63,883 bases of DNA from Candidatus Enterousia sp. (GTDB lineage Bacteria > Pseudomonadota > Alphaproteobacteria > Rs-D84). Below the pieces are notes generated by a model. It had not been told where the DNA came from. It ran no database searches and worked only from the letters and a program-made list of their open reading frames with translations. The stretch covers positions 1-63,883 of the forward strand of contig JAZNAO010000023.1 in assembly GCA_045586565.1 (NCBI GenBank), written 5' to 3'. Shown here piece by piece: positions 61,382 through 63,883 of this stretch. Within the stretch, counting starts at the first letter, position 1, and every line of letters begins with the position of its first letter. The position numbers and the translations under genes were made by a program.

Positions 61382-62641
61382 TTATCTGCGTATCTTTTTC
61401 TTATACGCCAAAACATAGGGCGCAAATTTATCTGCATGCATATCACCCAACCACACACGTGGTATCAAAATACTGTTACCCATACCAGCCGCCAATTTAT
61501 CAACACTTTCGCCGTTTTTAGCATTTATCAATTCGTGCAATGTAACCGACACGGAATCCATCGTGCGTGGCAAAATAAATGTTATCTTATCACCCACCCG
61601 GGTTTCATTACGCAATTCAAACGTAATATTTATATCATCAACCGCCGTAATCACGCCCGCCGCATGATAGTCAGATGTGGAACGTGTCGTTTCGTAATTG
61701 TGCGCATCTGGGGTCACCGGCCCATCAAAAAATGCCGTCGTATATCCACGCGTTTCCAAACGGTTTAAGTTTTCCATAAATGGCATCGCGTCAAAATTTT
61801 CTGGATCGCGCGCATACGCATCCAGCGCACAACGATATGCATGAACAACCGAACCAACGTAATATTCACTGCGATTACGCCCTTCAATTTTCAGACTATC
61901 TGGATTGGCAGACACGACTTCGCCCAATCGTGGCATCAGGCACAAGTCTTTGGAATTCATAATATATGCACCACGGTCGTCTTCATCAATCGGCATTTCA
62001 ATACCTGTGTCATGTTCACGTAAGATTACATCGTATTTCCAACGACACAACTGGGCGCATGCACCACGGTTGGCCGGACGACCCGTGATAAAATTCGACA
62101 ACAAACACCGACCCGAATAAGACATACACATTGCACCATGCACAAATATTTCTAAACCAATATCAGGACATTCATTGCGGATATTTTTAAATTCGTTATG
62201 TGACACTTCACGCGCCAACACACATAGTTTCGCACCCGCATTTTGCCAGAATTTTACCGTCTTGGCCGAACAGATATTCGCCTGGGTCGAAATATGAATT
62301 GGCATATCTGGAAAATTTTCGCGTACCCACATTACAATACCCGGGTCAGATACAATCAAGGCATCAGGCGCCAGATATCTAATCGTTTCGCCAACACGTG
62401 GCATATTCGCATATTCGTGATCATGCGCAAACAGGTTAAATGCTAAATAAACTTTCTTGCCCGCAGCATGTGCCAGTTCGATTCCTTGCTTTACTTCTTC
62501 GGTGTTGATTTTTGCGCGCGCACGCATAGAAAACCCGGGCAACCCTGCATAAATTGCATCTGCGCCATACAGGATGGCGGTTTTAAAAGCGTCTAGCGTT
62601 CCCGCAGGCGCCAAAAGTTCTGGTAATTTAATCTTTGTCAT
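61382..62641 (-). CDS. U32 family peptidase-like protein
   Basis: ELLAPAG, GADAIY and HGAMCMSYSGRCLLSN U32 signatures. Confidence 0.85.
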   Translation of the reverse strand: MTKIKLPELLAPAGTLDAFKTAILYGADAIYAGLPGFSMRARAKINTEEVKQGIELAHAAGKKVYLAFNLFAHDHEYANMPRVGETIRYLAPDALIVSDPGIVMWVRENFPDMPIHISTQANICSAKTVKFWQNAGAKLCVLAREVSHNEFKNIRNECPDIGLEIFVHGAMCMSYSGRCLLSNFITGRPANRGACAQLCRWKYDVILREHDTGIEMPIDEDDRGAYIMNSKDLCLMPRLGEVVSANPDSLKIEGRNRSEYYVGSVVHAYRCALDAYARDPENFDAMPFMENLNRLETRGYTTAFFDGPVTPDAHNYETTRSTSDYHAAGVITAVDDINITFELRNETRVGDKITFILPRTMDSVSVTLHELINAKNGESVDKLAAGMGNSILIPRVWLGDMHADKFAPYVLAYKKKIRR

Positions 62642-62843
62642 ATTGCTATTTTGCCTGAAATAAATCCAAAGGCAAGAAAATTTGCAAATCTGGTTCAAAC
62701 AAACAATGTTTTATAATAACAAAGAAAGTTGAATATCACCAATAAGGTATATACTTACGCATCTATAAAAAATAACAATCTGTTGGATTATATTTATTGA
62801 CATTGATTCCTTATGTCATACACTGATAAAAAAGGAGATATAA

Positions 62844-63644
62844 ATGCTGTTTGGCGCAATTATTGGCGATATTGTCGGGTCAGTTTATGAGTTCAATAAT
62901 TTACGTTCAAAAAACTTTCCGTTTATGACCGATCGATGCTTTATCACAGACGATTCTTGTATGACCATTGCCGTAGCCAGTGCAATTAAACAATGGAAAG
63001 AATCTGGGGGCGATTTGTCAGAGATTACTGCAAAAAATATGAGATTGATTGGCAGACGTTATCCAGACAAGGGTTATGGTGGTATGTTTTTTGGTTGGTT
63101 GAACGACCCTAACATGGGACCATACAACAGCTGGGGTAATGGTGCGGCGATGCGAGTGTCTGCCGCAGGATGGTTTGGCGAAACCTTGTCACAAGTTAAA
63201 CGTCTGTCATATATGGTAACATCACCCACACACGATCATATCGAAGCAATCAAGGGCGCCGAAGCAACAGCAGTGGCTGTATTTATGGCACAAAAAGGAT
63301 ATTCCAAAGATAATATTGCTGAACACATTCATACAAACTATTATCCGTCCTGTGATTGTGTAGAAGATTTACAGGCCGACTATGAATGGGATTCTTCTTG
63401 CCAGGGAACCGTGCCACCTGCCCTGCAGTGTTTCTTTGAATCTACAGATTTTGAAGACGCGATACGAAACGCAATATCTATTGGTGGTGACTCTGATACA
63501 ATCGCAGCAATAACTGGGGCAATTGCCGGTGCATATTATGGTATCCCAACTAAAATAATTAAACAGGCCAAAAAATTTATTCCGGACGATTTGTTGAAGA
63601 TTGCTGAATATTTTGATAGAGATAACTTTAAAACGTATATATAA
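62844..63644 (+). CDS. ADP-ribosylglycohydrolase family protein
   Basis: GAIIGDIVGSVYEF, GNGAAMRV and GGDSDTIAAITGAIAGAYYG motifs. Confidence 0.85.
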   Translation: MLFGAIIGDIVGSVYEFNNLRSKNFPFMTDRCFITDDSCMTIAVASAIKQWKESGGDLSEITAKNMRLIGRRYPDKGYGGMFFGWLNDPNMGPYNSWGNGAAMRVSAAGWFGETLSQVKRLSYMVTSPTHDHIEAIKGAEATAVAVFMAQKGYSKDNIAEHIHTNYYPSCDCVEDLQADYEWDSSCQGTVPPALQCFFESTDFEDAIRNAISIGGDSDTIAAITGAIAGAYYGIPTKIIKQAKKFIPDDLLKIAEYFDRDNFKTYI

Positions 63645-63883
63645 CTCAAACTACACTGCTTATCGCATCCATCACATCTATCCCCAAGATAAATATACAC
63701 CTGAACCTGTTGCGGAAAATTTCGCGACATTGTGGCATTATCAAAATATATTAGTCTACTTTGTATATCTTTTTCTGCATATTGAACAGATTTTTCAATG
63801 TTTATTACAATGGTATTTTGCAATGATTGGATTTGTCGACAATGACAAATCAATTCGAAAAAATAAGGAGCAAAAAGTGAGAG

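Noticed and set aside
63645-63883. Minus-strand ORF 63536..63853 at the window edge
   Set aside because: It overlaps the 3' end of the well-supported ADP-ribosylglycohydrolase gene and has no recognisable motifs. The window ends before anything can be concluded.

Overview
AT-rich, gene-dense bacterial chromosome segment. The backbone looks alphaproteobacterial: frr-uppS-cdsA-rseP-bamA synteny, LpxI, lptE-holA, a DUF4164-like gene next to zapA, tRNA-His with encoded G-1, and many small OMP beta-barrels. By inference only, the host may be an intracellular Holosporales/Rickettsiales-like lineage. Housekeeping genes recognised: frr, uppS, cdsA, rseP, bamA, yraN, birA, miaA, gap, prmC, htpX, tdk, lgt, lptE, holA, map, radC, zapA, lpxI, alaS, hup, and four tRNAs (His, Ala, Arg, Ser). 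The most unusual region is 12.5-24.9 kb on the minus strand. It is a compact, integrase-less cluster whose proteins align, from my memory of T7 sequences, to T7 gp9 scaffold, gp10 capsid, gp11/gp12 tail tube, gp19 large terminase and gp8 portal. It also has a SleB-like lysin and a holin-like protein. It lacks tail fibre, internal core, RNAP/DNAP and integrase genes. Its terminase gene is cleanly bisected by a 3.3 kb opposite-strand cassette carrying dnaB, a tandem-HTH/S24-like regulator and an unknown gene. A promoter/terminator-flanked histone-H1-like Lys/Ala/Pro repeat gene sits between the scaffold and capsid genes. Other points of interest: a bamA-linked VirB7/VirB8-like operon; a teichoic-acid-type (TagF/TarI-like) glycan locus whose enzymes share a terminal peptide motif; a candidate sRNA with CU-rich loops; cysteine-rich secreted paralogues; a SET-like small protein; and a tRNA-bounded surface-protein island. 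All homology calls come from motif recognition by eye and were not checked by any database search.
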